Shown here: positions 51,370 through 64,000 of the stretch, in pieces | How the letters are laid out: each line of letters starts with the position of its first letter | Position numbering within the stretch: the first letter of the stretch is position 1 | From: Leucoraja ocellata | Lineage: Eukaryota | DNA length: 64,000 bases | Assembly: GCA_036785375.1 (NCBI GenBank) | Contig: JAWMAR010000471.1 | Location: forward strand, 682,001 to 746,000 | Direction of reading: 5' to 3' | Made by a program: the position numbers and the translations under genes | Notes under the pieces: generated by a model | The model's database searches: none | What the model was told of the DNA's origin: nothing | Seen by the model: only the letters and a program-made list of their open reading frames with translations

Positions 51370-52106
51370 CATTACAATACTAATCCCTCCGTGAGTGAGT
51401 GAAAAACATAGGTAATGAAGGTGTGTTCTCTGAAAAGTGTGCGCCTCAACTTTCAAAAAAATAGTTTACAAATACAATGTGAACGCGTCCCCTGCACTGG
51501 AATGCACATTTGGCCATCTATATAACACGCGACACGGGCGCGTTGTTCAAAATGCCCAGTGGGAAGGGCGGCCATGTGGAACGAGTGCTATGTTATACTG
51601 GAGCAGACCTCCAATGATTCCGGAATTGAGCCTCGCCGTTTACTGTCTCCACCTTCCGTTGAATCCAGTGGCAACGTCACCAGCACTTAATGAAAACAGA
51701 CATAGAGTTATGGTCCTAAACATTGCATGCTCCATTACCCTACAATTCTTTGAGACGTTCCATGGTTACGTACGTAAATGCCCATGTGCACCAATGTGTT
51801 CCATAAAATTCTTGCTGCAACATTTACGTTAATGAGAGTTCCATTTTATATTTGTTTCTCGCACTGAATGTAATTCCTCATTGCTTCTTACAGAGGTTTT
51901 CGGTTTCCATTGCAAATCTTAATTCTGCACCAGATGCAGCCAAAGGTAATGGGTGCCGCTCAAACAATTTCACGTTACTAACTATATGTTTAATGGAAGC
52001 AGAGTGTCACAAGCTAATGTCCAGTAGATGGCTGTAAGGTGAGTAAGTTCGCCTGTGTGGTAAGACAGAGATTCTGAATCGTTTTGCATTAATGCCCCAC
52101 CTCCAT

Positions 52107-55100
52107 CTAGCTTGTCCATTTATAATTGTATATGTTTCTATAAGACCCCCCTCATCTGTCTAAACTCCAGTGAATACAAACCCAGTCTTTTCAATCTGTC
52201 CTCATATGACATTCCCGCCATCTCAGGGATCAATCTCGTGAACCTACGCTGAAATGCCTCAATCACAAGGATGTCATTCCTCAATTTAGGAGACCAAAAC
52301 TGCACACAATACTCCAGATATGGCCTTACCAGAGCTCTATACAACTGCAGAAGAACATCTTTACTCCGATACGGAATTCCTCTTGTTATGAATGCCAACA
52401 TTCCATTAGCTTTCTTCACTGCCTCCTGTATCTGCACGCCAACGTTCAATGACTGGTGTACAAGGCCGCCCAGGTCTCGATGCACCCCCCCCCCCCCCCC
52501 CCCCCCCCCCCGTTACCTAACCTAAACGCATTGAGATAATAATCTGCTCCCTTGCGTTTGCCGGCAAAGTGGATAACCTCATATTTATCTATATTATATT
52601 GCATCTGCCACGCAACTGCCCATTCACTCTACCTGTCCAGGTCACCTTGCAACCTCCTAACATCCTCTTCAGAGTTCACACTGCCACACAGCTTTGTGTC
52701 ATCTGCAAACCTGGTAGTGTTGCTCCTAATTCCCTCTTCCAAATCATTAATATACATGGTGAAAAGTTGCGGCCCCAACTCCGAGACTTGAGGCACTCCA
52801 CTCCCCACTGCCTGCCATTCTGAAAATGACCCGTTCACTCCTATTCTTTGCTTCCTGTCTGCCAATCAATTTTCTATCCATGTCAACACCCTATCCCCAA
52901 TACCGTGTGCTCTAATTTTAGACACCAGTCTCCCGTGCGGCACCTTATCAAAGGCTTTCTGAAAGTCTAGATACTCTACATCCAATGGATCCCCTCCAAC
53001 CATTTAACTTGTCACAACCTCAAAAAATTCCCGAAGATTAGTCAAGCGTGATTTCCCTTTCATAAATCCATGTATATTTGGACTAATCGTTGTACTATCC
53101 AAATTCCCCAGTATTACCTCTTTATTAATTGACCCCAGCATCTTATCCACCACCGAAGGCAGGCTAACTGGTCTGTAATTCCCCATTTTCTCTCTCGCTC
53201 CTTTCTTGAAAAGTGGGATAAGGAAGACATACATAATTTGCCGGAAATAGCAGGGGACCGGGGATCAAATAAGATGGAGGAGCGGAGTGAAATGCATGTT
53301 AGTCAGGAAGTGGTGTGATGTAAATTGAATGCATTAAAGGCCGTTAAATCCCCAGTGCCAGATAGGCTGCAACATAGAGTGCTAAAGGACGTAGCCCCAG
53401 AAATAGTGGATGCATTAGTGATAATTTTTCAAAACTCTTCAGATTCTGGAGGAGTTCCTGAGGATTGGAGGGTAGCAAATGTAACCCCACTTTTTAAAAA
53501 TGGAGGGAGAGAGAAAACGGGGAATTACAGACCAGTTAGTCTAACATCGGTAGTGGGGAAATGGTAGAGTCAGTTGTTAAAGATGGGATAGCAGCACATT
53601 TGGAAAGTGGTGAAATCATTGGACAGTCAGCATGGATTTATGAAAGGTAAATCATGTCTGACGAATCTTATAGAATGTTTCGAGGATGTAACTCGTAGAG
53701 TGGATAAGGGAGAACCAGTTGATGTATTATATCTGGACTTTCAGAAGGCTTTGGACAAGGTCCCATATAAGAGATTAGTATGCAAACTTAAATCACACGG
53801 TATTGGGGCTTCAGTATTGATGTGGGTAGAGAACTGGCTGGCAGACATTAAGCTAAGTGTTGGAGTAAACGGGTCCTTTTCAGAATGGCTGGCAGTGACT
53901 AGTGAGGTACCACAAGACTCAGTGCTGGGACCGTAGCTATTTACAGTACATATTAATGATTTGGACGAGGGAATTGAATGCAACATCTCCAACTTTGCGG
54001 ATGACACGAAGCTGCGGGGCAGAGTTCGCTGTGAGGAGGATGCTAGGTGGCTGCAGTCTGCCGTTGATAGGTTGGGTGAGTGGTCAAATGCATGGCCGAT
54101 GCAGTATAATGTGGATAAATGTGAGGTTATCCACTTTGTTGGCAAGAACGGGGAAGTAGACTGAATGGTGGCCGATTAGGAAAACGGGCGATGCAACCAG
54201 ACCTGGTTGGCATGGTACACCAGTCATTGAAAGTGGGCATGAAGGTGCAGCAGACAGTGAAGAAATCGAAGGGTATGTTGGCATTCATAGCAAAACGGGT
54301 TTCAGCATAGGAGCAGAGAGGTTCTACTGCAGTTGTACAGGGCCTTGGTGAGACCACACCTGGAGTATTGCATACAGTTTGGTCTTCAAAGCTGAGGAAA
54401 TACATTCTTGCCATGGAGGTAGTACAGAAAAGGTTCACCAGACTGATTCATGGGATGGCAGGTCTTCCATATGAACAAATACTGGATAGACTCGGCTTGT
54501 ACTCTCTAGAATTTAGAAGATTAAGGGAGGATCTTATAGAAACGTATACAATTCTCAAGGGGTTGGACAGGTTAGATGCAGGAAGATTGTTCACGATGTT
54601 GGGGAAGTCCAGAACAAGGGGTCAGAGTTTAAGTATAAGGGAGATGTCTTTTAGGACCGAGATGAGAAAAAAGAAATCACACTGAGAGTGGTGAATCTGT
54701 GGAATTCTCTGCCACAGAAAGTAGTTGAGGCCAGTTCATTGGCTATATTTAAGAGGGAGTTGGATGTGGCTCTTGTGGCTAAAGGGATCAGGGGGTATGG
54801 AGAGAAGGCACGTACAGGATACTGAGTTGGATGATCAGCCATGATCATATTGAATTACGGTGCAGGCTCGAAGGGCCGAATGCCGTACTCCTGCACCTAT
54901 TTTCTATGTGTCTATGTTGCTATAACATTAGCTATACTTCCATCCGCAGGAACTGACCCTGAATCTATTGAACATTGGACAATGATCACCAATGCGTCCA
55001 CTATTTGTAGAGCCACCTCCCTGAGGACCCTGGGATGCAGACCATCGGACCCAGGGGATTTATTATCCGTCCGTATTATTAGCCTACCCAATTCTATTTC

Positions 55101-57495
55101 TCGCCTAAAGAAAATGTATTTCAGTTCCTCTACCCCCTTAGATCATATGTCCTCCAGTACACCTGGGAGATTGTTTGTGTCTTCTTCAGTGAAGACAGAT
55201 CGGAAGTACCAGTTCAACTGTTCTACCATTTCATTATTACCCATAATAATTTCACCGTGTCTGTCTTCAAGGGACCCACATTTGACATTGCTACTCTTTT
55301 TCCCTTAACATATCTAAAGAAGCTTTTATAGTCCCTCCTGATATTCCTGGCCAGCTTCCCCTCACACTTCATCTTCTCAGCCCGTATTGCCGTTTTGTTT
55401 CCTTATGAAAGTGTCCCAATCCTATAGCTTCCGGCTACTTTTTGCTGTGTCATACATATTTTCTTTTAGTTTCATTCAATTCTGAACTTCTATTGTCAGC
55501 CGCGGTTTCCTCCTACTCCGTTTGGAATCGTTCTTCCTTTTTTGTAATGAAATAATCCTGCGTCTTCCGGATTATGCCCAGAAATTCCTGCCATTGCTGT
55601 TCCATCGTCATTCCTGCTGGGATCCCTTTCCAGTCTACCTTGGCCAGCTCCTCTCTCATGCCTTCATAGTCCACTTTGTTCAACGGCATCACTGCCACTA
55701 CCGATTTAACCTTCTCCTTCTCAAATTGCAGATTAAAACTAATCATATTATGATGACTATCTCCAAGCGTTCCTTACCTCGTGTTCTCTTTATCAAATCT
55801 GGTTTATTGGACAACACTAAATCGAGAATTGCCTTTTCTCTGGTCGGCTCCATTCGAAGCTGCTATAAAATCGATATCGGAGGCATTCTACAAACTCGCT
55901 TCCTTGGGGTCCTGAACCAACCTGATTGTCCCAGTCGACCTGCATATTGAAATCCCCCATCACCACAGTGGCATTACCTTTGTTACATGCCAGTTTTAAT
56001 TCCTGCTGCAACTTACACGGTACATCCGGGCTACTATTTGGGGGTCTGTAGATAACGCCAATTAGTGTCTTCTTGCCTTTACAATTCTTCAACTGAAACC
56101 ACAGTGACTCTACCAAGTCTGTCCCCATGTCTTCCATCGCAAGGGGCTGAATGCAATCCTTCACCAGCAGAGTTACCACCTCCTCTGCCCACCTGCCTGT
56201 TCTTTCTATAGGATGCATAAATTAAGTTCCCAGGACCGATCCTCCTGCAGCCTCAGTAATCCCCACAACGTCATATCTACCAACGTCTCACTGAGCCTCA
56301 AGCTCATCTATTTTACTTATACTTCGCGCATTCATATAACATACTTTTAATTCCTTCCGCATCTCACCTTTCCCCATCGATCCCTATTACACTTGGCCAT
56401 AGTCTCCTATCCTTTGTGAGCTATCTTTCCCGTTAATTCTGGGGGTCATTAACTAACCATTTACTCTCTTTCCCTTTAAGAATGTCCTTGACTATCCCAT
56501 TTGACACCCCGCCCCCGTTATTCTGTTTAAAGCCACCTGTGTAGCAGTGGCAAAGCTGCCTGCCAGAATGCTGGTGCCCACTTGTTAAGGTTTAATCCGT
56601 CCCTTTTGTACAGTTCCCCCTAACTCCAAAACAGACCCCAGGGGTCTAGGAATCGAAATCACTGCCTCCCTGTACTAGTTCCTCAGCCACACATTCAGGT
56701 CATGTATCTCCCTGTTCGTGCTCTCGCCAGCACGAGGAACTGGAAGCAAACCGGAGATAAGAACACTGGAGGTCCTACTTTTCAGCATTTTCCGAGCTCT
56801 CTAAAGTCACGCTAAACAATATTCATCCCCTTCTTTCCGCCATCGTTTGTGCCGACGTGCACTACCACTTCCGGCTGTTCACCTACGCCCTTGAGGAGTT
56901 TCTGCACACTGCCCGTGACAACCTGGATCCTGGCACCAGGGAGGCAACGCTCCATCTTCGAATCCCGTCTGTTGCTGCAGAAACCCCTGACCGTACCTCT
57001 CACAATGGAGTCTCCAACTTCCACGGCGTTGCCTGACGTCGGCCTCTTTGGTTTTGGCTCAACAGCACTTTTTGCTTCGCAAGCCAGTCCGCCGATCAGT
57101 GTGTTAACGTGTTCTGTCCCGACAGCTTCTAGGTGAGTGAGGCTGTTCTCAAGAGGGGGGACGTTTGCATTCCATGTTTCCTTCCCTTTCTCACTGTCTC
57201 TCTTCCAGTACCTTAGAAACACAGAAACATAGACACATAGAAAATAGGTGCAGCAGTAGGCCATTCGGTCCTTCGAGCATGCACCACCATTAAATATGTT
57301 CATAGCTGATCATCCAACTCAGTATCCCATACCTGCCTTCTCTCTATACCCACTGGTCCCTTTAGCCACAATGGTCACAGCTAACTCCCACTTAAAAATA
57401 GCCAATTAACTGGCCTCAACTACCTTCTGTGGCAGATAATTCCACAGATTCACCACTCTCTGTGTAAAAAAAGATTTTCTCCTCTCGGTCCTAGG
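52107..57495. mobile_element. Nested CR1 block of unit 3 (- 52107-57212 interrupted by + 53222-54922; small - 3' end 57215-57495)
   Basis: Paralogous to 17921-22755; retains an endonuclease segment (IYRPP, GDFN; 55817-56218) partly deleted in unit 1. Confidence 0.88.
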
Positions 57496-60400
57496 TTTAG
57501 TAACAGCAAAAAATGGAGAATGATGAAATAAACTTTTATAGATATATAAACTGATAACAAAATATTTTGGGGACAACATTTGTTTTCTTTCAGCTGCTTG
57601 CGCCAGTTGTGTTATCCATTAGGATCAATGTCCATTTGTGACATTGCTCCACTTTCCACAGTAATGTTCTGAATTAGATTTACTAACAAACTCTGCATCC
57701 ATCGTGTCCAGCCGTCACACCTCCAACTGAATGGCAATAACTCTACTATTCCGCCCCCCGACGCTTCTCCCTGATCACACTATTCTTCTCTAAACCCATC
57801 TCCATGTAAGTACTCAGGTTACAAATCTGCTTAACATAATGAGTTTACAATGTACATAAAATATTCGCTCTTCACCAGTTGCAACCAACGGCGGCGGATG
57901 GAGTTCATACAAGCAAGGGAATCTAATTATAGTTTAAGGAAGCAGAGTTTAGTAGTCGGGGACGGTAAGGCTAGAAGGTTCGCGTTTGTGATTGGTCATA
58001 GAGAAAATTGGTTTGGCATTCATCTCCCAAGCCATTACCCCTGCGCAGACGCTGCAGTTCTGCAGATGCAAAGTGTTGAGAATGAAAACAAGAGGAAACA
58101 GCTTGAAAGGATGATTCTCAGACTCGTGTGCATCGTGCGTAGAACTCCGCAGTTGGGAAGACATTGAGAATGATGGAGGATGCTTCCAATTAAAATGTAA
58201 CCGATTATGAAAAATACGGAATATTTCTGCTGTTAGTGCCCGCTAAGACATTTATGAGGATTTGAGTTGATTGGTGACTTTTGACTTGGCGGCAACTTCT
58301 GCACAAATCTTTCCATAACATTATTTACAATCAAACCCTCCATACTTTGAATCCAACAGCCAAACCTTCAGCTCTGAATGCCAATAGGTCCACAATTCCG
58401 TTCCTCGGCCGTTCCATGCCCACCACTCTTTTCTTTTTGCGGCCATCTATTTTCCATGTAAGTACCCAGACCACAGTACTTGATTCACATCTTGTAAACT
58501 GCTTCTCCTACCTTTGTGCAATAATATGTATATAAACACATATATTTAGGGATACAGCGCGGAACCAGGCCCATCGGCTCACAAAGTCTGCGTTGATCAG
58601 CGATTCCCGCACACTAACACAATTCTACGCACTGGAGATATTTTACCATTTTACCGAAACTACAAACTGATACGTCTTTGGAGTATTCGGGGAGACCAGG
58701 ATAAAACGCTTCTTGGAGAACGGACAACTCGTCACGCGGATAACGGACAAACGCCGTGCAGGCAACAACCGTGGCCAGGTCAAACCCGGATCTCTGGCTG
58801 TTTCCGACAGCAACGCTACCGCTGCGTCGCGTGGCCTCCGTCCCCGTTCTGCAGCGGGCGAACCAGGCATACCGGGCCAGTCATCAGTTATAGGCGATTG
58901 AGGTCTGGCCTAGCCGGTGATACTTTGTCGGCGGTGGGCTGCCACTGCTGCCTTTGGCCGCGGCTAGATCGCATTTGACCGCGCTAAGGCCACATTCGAA
59001 ACACATGCAGGTTTGCCGTTTAATTGGTCTCTGTAATTGTTCCTGTGTGCAGGAGAGAGGCTGTGTGCGGGTACTTGTTGGACGGCGCGGACGTGATGGA
59101 GCGAATGGACAGTTTTTCACTCTGTAAACTCAACTTAAGAAAACTCAAGCAATGTATTATAGTTCACTTTATAATTCGCTCTCTTCTGAAACGGCTCGAA
59201 GTTAGATTGTTTTCCTTTCAAAGTCATTATCGTGTAACTGAAATGTAACTAGCAGATGGAAGAGTTGTCACCGGAAGTAAAGATAATGATATGTTCTGGC
59301 TTCCTCTTCACAATTCTTTATTCTTCCAAGTACAACAGATGAAAAACTATTTTGTTCTTAACATGAATCCTATTAAATCGCAGACAAAAATATATGCGGG
59401 ATTGATTCGAATTGATCGGAGAGCACCTTGGTTCGCTTTGAATAATTAAAATTGTTGAACAGAATCTCTTGCTTGTTTCATATTGCTCGTGTTCTTCAAC
59501 GACGAAGACATATCCACCTGGTGAACTTGTCCAACACATTTTACCAAAGTATTCATAATTTGAGTGTTAATTATAAATAGATCTTGGACTATATCGACTA
59601 AACCTGGTGTTTTTATTCCTGTATTGAAAGAAGTTGCGCAAATTCTGGGGGCAGATAAATCATCGGTAACCCGTCATTGTCAATGTGTATCTACAACATC
59701 AGAGGTGCAGCTGTAGAAACGTTTCCGAATATGACAGTGCCCCAATGCTTTATTTCATCGAATCTGCTTTTTAACATTAGGTCAGAACTCTCTCTTCAGT
59801 ACATGAATGTATTTGTATTGCAAATATTATGCCAATCTCCGTTCAGTCACCATTCAAATACACTTTACTGATTGCAGCTGGCGAATTCCGTTTTGTAGAA
59901 AAATAAATAGCCTAGAACATTAAACTTATTTTTCGCCTTACAACTGCTGCCTTGCCGCTGGAGATTTAATTTATTTTCTGTGCCTTTGTACATGTTCAGT
60001 ATCTGCGGTATTTTGTATTTTATTAAACTACGCCCTATTGCAGCTGGACCAAATTCGGCGCATGTTCTGCTGTATAAGCCAAACATGCAGGGTTCGGCCA
60101 TTGCCTGAAAATAAAATACTTCGTTTAACAGCAGGCACAATCACTGTTCACAATCACTGAACCTCTTCGGACTTCCTGTAGCCATTGCGAAATTAATACC
60201 AAACTTCCTAAACCTGGTCCGGACTCTGTCTGTTTTGGAACTTAGAAAATAGAACATACAGCAAAAGAACATTCAGTTTAGTTTATTGCCTCGTGTACCC
60301 AGGTACATTGGAAAACTTCTGTTGCGTGCTATACAGTCAGCAGAAAGACAACACATTATTGTAATCTAGCCATTCGCAGTATTATAGATACATGATAAGG

Positions 60401-63400
60401 GAACAAGGTTTAATGCAAGGTGAAGCCAGCATAGCCCGATCAAACATGGTGCTCGGGTCAGCATTTAGATGGATCAGTTGAAGAACAGATTTTTACTTCA
60501 CAATGTTCCTGTCGACCCGATACCAAGACCAGCTCCGATCTACCTGCGCGTAATCAATATCCTTCCATTCCCTGCAGAATCATATCTCCATCCAAAACTA
60601 TTTTACACTCTACTACCGTATCCGCCTTAACCAGCAGCGCGTAATAAACACTCGCCGCACTTTGTGTAAAACGTTGCGCCGCACATTTTCTTTCAATGTT
60701 GCCCTTCTTAGCATAAAGCTGTGCCCTCTTCGATACATTTTTTTCCATTCTGGGAAAATCAAAGTTCTGACAATCTACCGGGTCTCATAAGTTTACATAA
60801 CTCAACTAGTTGTACCCGCAATCTCCGACGTTCCAGAGGGATAAAAATCCAAACATGACCAATCTCTCACTGTATCTAATACCCGCTAATCCAGCCACCA
60901 TGCGCAACTGAGCAACTGCGGCTCTAAAGCTCGCTGTTCTTATTAAGTTTCTCCATCTTGCTGAATTGGCAAAGTCATTCACTAATGGCCTTGTTGCCGG
61001 TCACCAGTTTGTGCAGCGTTGTAGTTTAGTTAGTTTACATTAGTTTGGTGTAGTTCAAGTAATCTAAACAAATACAATTACACAAACAATACTATACAAA
61101 AAAACTAAACAAATGAATGACCAGGTACACTACATGTACAGGCTCACCCTTGTCCATTGCCCTACTACCTTCTTAAAAAAATCCAGAACATTAGTCAAGC
61201 GTGATTTCCCCTTCGTAAATCCATGCTGACTCGGACCGATCCTGTTACTGCGATCCAAATGTGCGGCTATTTCGTCTTTTATAATTGATTCCAGCATCTT
61301 CCCCACCACCGATGTCCGGCTAACTGGTCTATAATTCTCTGTTTTATCTCTCCCGCCTTTCTTAAACTGTGGGAAAACATTAGCTACCCTCCAATCCACA
61401 GGAACTGATCCTGAATCTTTAGAACATTGGAAAATTGTCACCAATGCAACCACGATTTCTAGAGCCATTTACTTAAGTACCATGGGATGCAGACTATCAG
61501 GCCTTAGGGATTTATCAGCCATCAGTCCCTTCAGTCAACCCAACACCATTTCATGCCTGATGTGGATTTCCTTCAGTTCCTTCGTTAACCCAGATCCTCT
61601 GGCCACTACTACATCAGGAAAATTGTTTGTGTCCTCCCTAGTGATGACTCCCCAGATTAATGGTATCAATGCGAACATATTGTTTGTGTCCTCCCAAAGT
61701 AACTGTTCAACTCGTCTGCCATTTTCTTGTTCCCCTTAATAAATTCACTTTTTTCAGTCTTCTTGGACCCAGTCTTCAAGGATGTAGTTGAGGCAGGTAC
61801 TGTTGCAACGTTTAAGACATAATGCGACAGGTACATGAGTAAGATATGTTCAGAGGAATATGGCCACTCGTAGGCAGGTGGGGTGTGCAGATGGGGTACA
61901 TTGGTCATCGTGGGCAGGTTGTGCCTGTCATGATTATATTGTCTCTCGTGGTAACGTCCACAACGTGAAATGTCAATTCACAACATCGTTCGTTCCACAG
62001 TATTAAAATATCCTGACCTATATAGTCTCTCTCGGAATAGAATGTCTCCACTCCTGCCAAAACGTTGTCGTTAATACGCTGCCACTCCCCAGATTAATGA
62101 TATCAATGCGAACATATTGCGATCTGGAGAACATCGCACGTGCGGTCTCGCCAACGCCCCAGGCCAGATGGTGAAAAGGCCCTGTTTCTGTGCTGTGTAA
62201 CATGCAACTACCACTTACAGTGAGAGTTGGTTCAATATACCTGCCCCCCCCCCCCCCCCCCCCCCCCCGTGAGGGAGAGTATCCGCTGCGTCCCTTTAAA
62301 TATTTACCGTCTTATTTTATACTCCTGTCCTCTTTTAGAGACCTACATCAGAGGAACACATTAAAATATTTCAACTGATCACCTTGTTATATTTTAATTC
62401 TGCATAACTCCTCATGGTTTTATTCGCTGCTGAGAGATACAGTTTCTGCATTCTGCAGTCCATCTCATAATTCACACTGTCCAATATTAGTACCATTCGT
62501 GTGAGGAGAGTTGCATACTCCCTAGTTTAAATGGATCCTTAATAAATTATTTCGAAAAATAATATCCCTCCTCCTTTGGTGTACTGCTCTGTGAAGTTTT
62601 TGTCTGTGAATTGCTTAGGTCGAGTGCAGCAAACATGACATTTCTTTCTTTGGTCAAGACTGTCTTCAGGATGATCTATCCCCAAACATTTACAGCCGGT
62701 GAGATTCTCCTTAACCGATTCAATCATCTTGTACATCAACATTCTTGATATCTCCAACGGATCATTGAATTGAGAAGATTTCTCCCTAATATCTGGAATA
62801 ACATCAAATGCTGTTCACCTCTGTGTTTTATGAATTAACACATTTCTTTAAAGATAATCTGTTGGTCAAGAATATTTCTAGCCGTTGTATATTTCCAGTC
62901 AGTTATCACATTACACATTATATTCGCCTATTCTTTACTTCATGAAGTGGCAACAGTTGAAATACATTAATGCTGCTGTTGTAGCTGAACTGTATACGAT
63001 GTCGTCTAGTAGGTTCCCTGTGGTTTACATCATTTAGACCCTGCCAAAAAATGATTATCTTTCCGTTTGAAAGGCAGCTACACGGATAATGCAAGATGAA
63101 ATTATTAATGGGTGCATGTTAAATGAAGGGCACGGTGTCTGGAAAATGCATTGCAAATTCGACAAGTAATATACTGTATTACATCGTAGCATGTGTGGAT
63201 AAATGATACATGACACGAATTTTGCTGCATCTGTGTGCCACGCGTTAACATTTAAAAATAGAATGTTCACTCGTATTTTACAGTTCCTTAGTTCTGTTGG
63301 TGCTCAGCTGGTGCCTGAGTAGTGAGCGGTCGCATAATGAGTTTGATCGCTTTGCATCACATGGGAGCAAACTATTTGTTCAACGGTCCACAATACATTT

Positions 63401-63526
63401 CCGCGGGGAGGTGAACGCACGCAGTCCTTCAGTTTTTTCTAAGAATATAAATATAGCGCTGTTTGACTTCTCACTTTGACTCCTATAAGTTTTGCACTGC
63501 ATAACTGCGGACGGCTTGAAGGAAAA

Positions 63527-63596
63527 ATGGGTTGGAAGCGGCACTTGGAAGTTGAATATTATTATTATCCAATTCTGGCAACAATCGGAGTACCCG
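63527..63596 (+). CDS. GPR139/142-like GPCR copy 4, exon 1 only (exon 2 beyond the window)
   Basis: MGWKRHLEVEYYYYPILATIGVP + G|gtagg donor; TATA at 63446. Confidence 0.85.
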
Positions 63597-63840
63597 GTAG
63601 GTGAAGGGAAAGCAGTAAGTGGGACTGAGACGTGGGATGATGTGTTGATAAAAACATTGTTAAAGGTAAAGTGTAAATAGTGTGCGAAACACGGGGATGC
63701 TAGACTGCATTCTTCAGGTTAGGGCGGTATTAACTAGAAAATGTTTGTTTAAGAAATTACTGCAGTTGCTGGAGAAATCGAAGCTAGACAAAAATGCTGG
63801 AGAATTAGACAGCGGGTGAAGCGGCATCTATGAAGCGAAG

Positions 63841-63910
63841 GAATAGGTGACGTTTCGGGTCGAGACTGATCAGTCTGAAGAAGGGTCTCGACCCGAAACG
63901 TCACCTATTC
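63841..63910. mobile_element. Penelope hammerhead inverted repeat, copy 4
   Basis: Same arms and core as 15134-15203. Confidence 0.7.
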
Positions 63911-64000
63911 CGTTGTTAAGCTATTGGATCGTTCGTCGTTCATAGGATCTGGCACAGGTTAATTCTCTTCAGATTCAGGTTTAGGTGCATTGTTGTCATG

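Larger units (their letters stand above)
12603..64000 (+). repeat. Tandem segmental duplication, 3 full units plus the start of a 4th (unit starts ~12603, ~32716, ~47514, ~62373), one GPCR per unit
   Basis: Colinear high-identity blocks; GPCR ATG spacing 19051/14806/14850 bp; length differences are explained by unit-specific retroelement insertions and deletions. Confidence 0.95.

Overview
Eukaryotic, repeat-rich vertebrate DNA, very probably from a cartilaginous fish (skate/ray-like; inferred from HE1-type SINEs, CR1 LINEs and Penelope hammerhead relics). Two gene types are present. (1) One intact T-cell-receptor alpha/delta-type V segment on the minus strand: leader exon 5871-5916, V exon 5446-5752, RSS 5408-5445. 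(2) A tandem array of two-exon GPR139/GPR142-like class A GPCR genes on the plus strand, with ATGs at 14820, 33871, 48677 and 63527 (periods 19051, 14806 and 14850 bp). The 70-nt first exon is missed by the ORF track. Copies 2 and 3 are intact (327 aa), copy 1 has a +1 frameshift in a T-run, and copy 4 runs off the window. Pieces of the GPCR repeat unit lie on both sides of the V segment, so the V gene appears embedded in the GPCR array. Paralog differences concentrate in the extracellular loops. Each unit carries a TATA box, homeodomain and EBF-like motifs and an intronic Penelope hammerhead palindrome; the three completed genes have a downstream CTCF-like site (degenerate in copy 2). The rest is CR1 LINEs (one near-full-length with 79-bp TATA-containing 5' monomers), an L1 3' end with a 16-bp TSD, Rex1 fragments and SINEs. 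Retroelement boundaries are approximate unless junctions are quoted.
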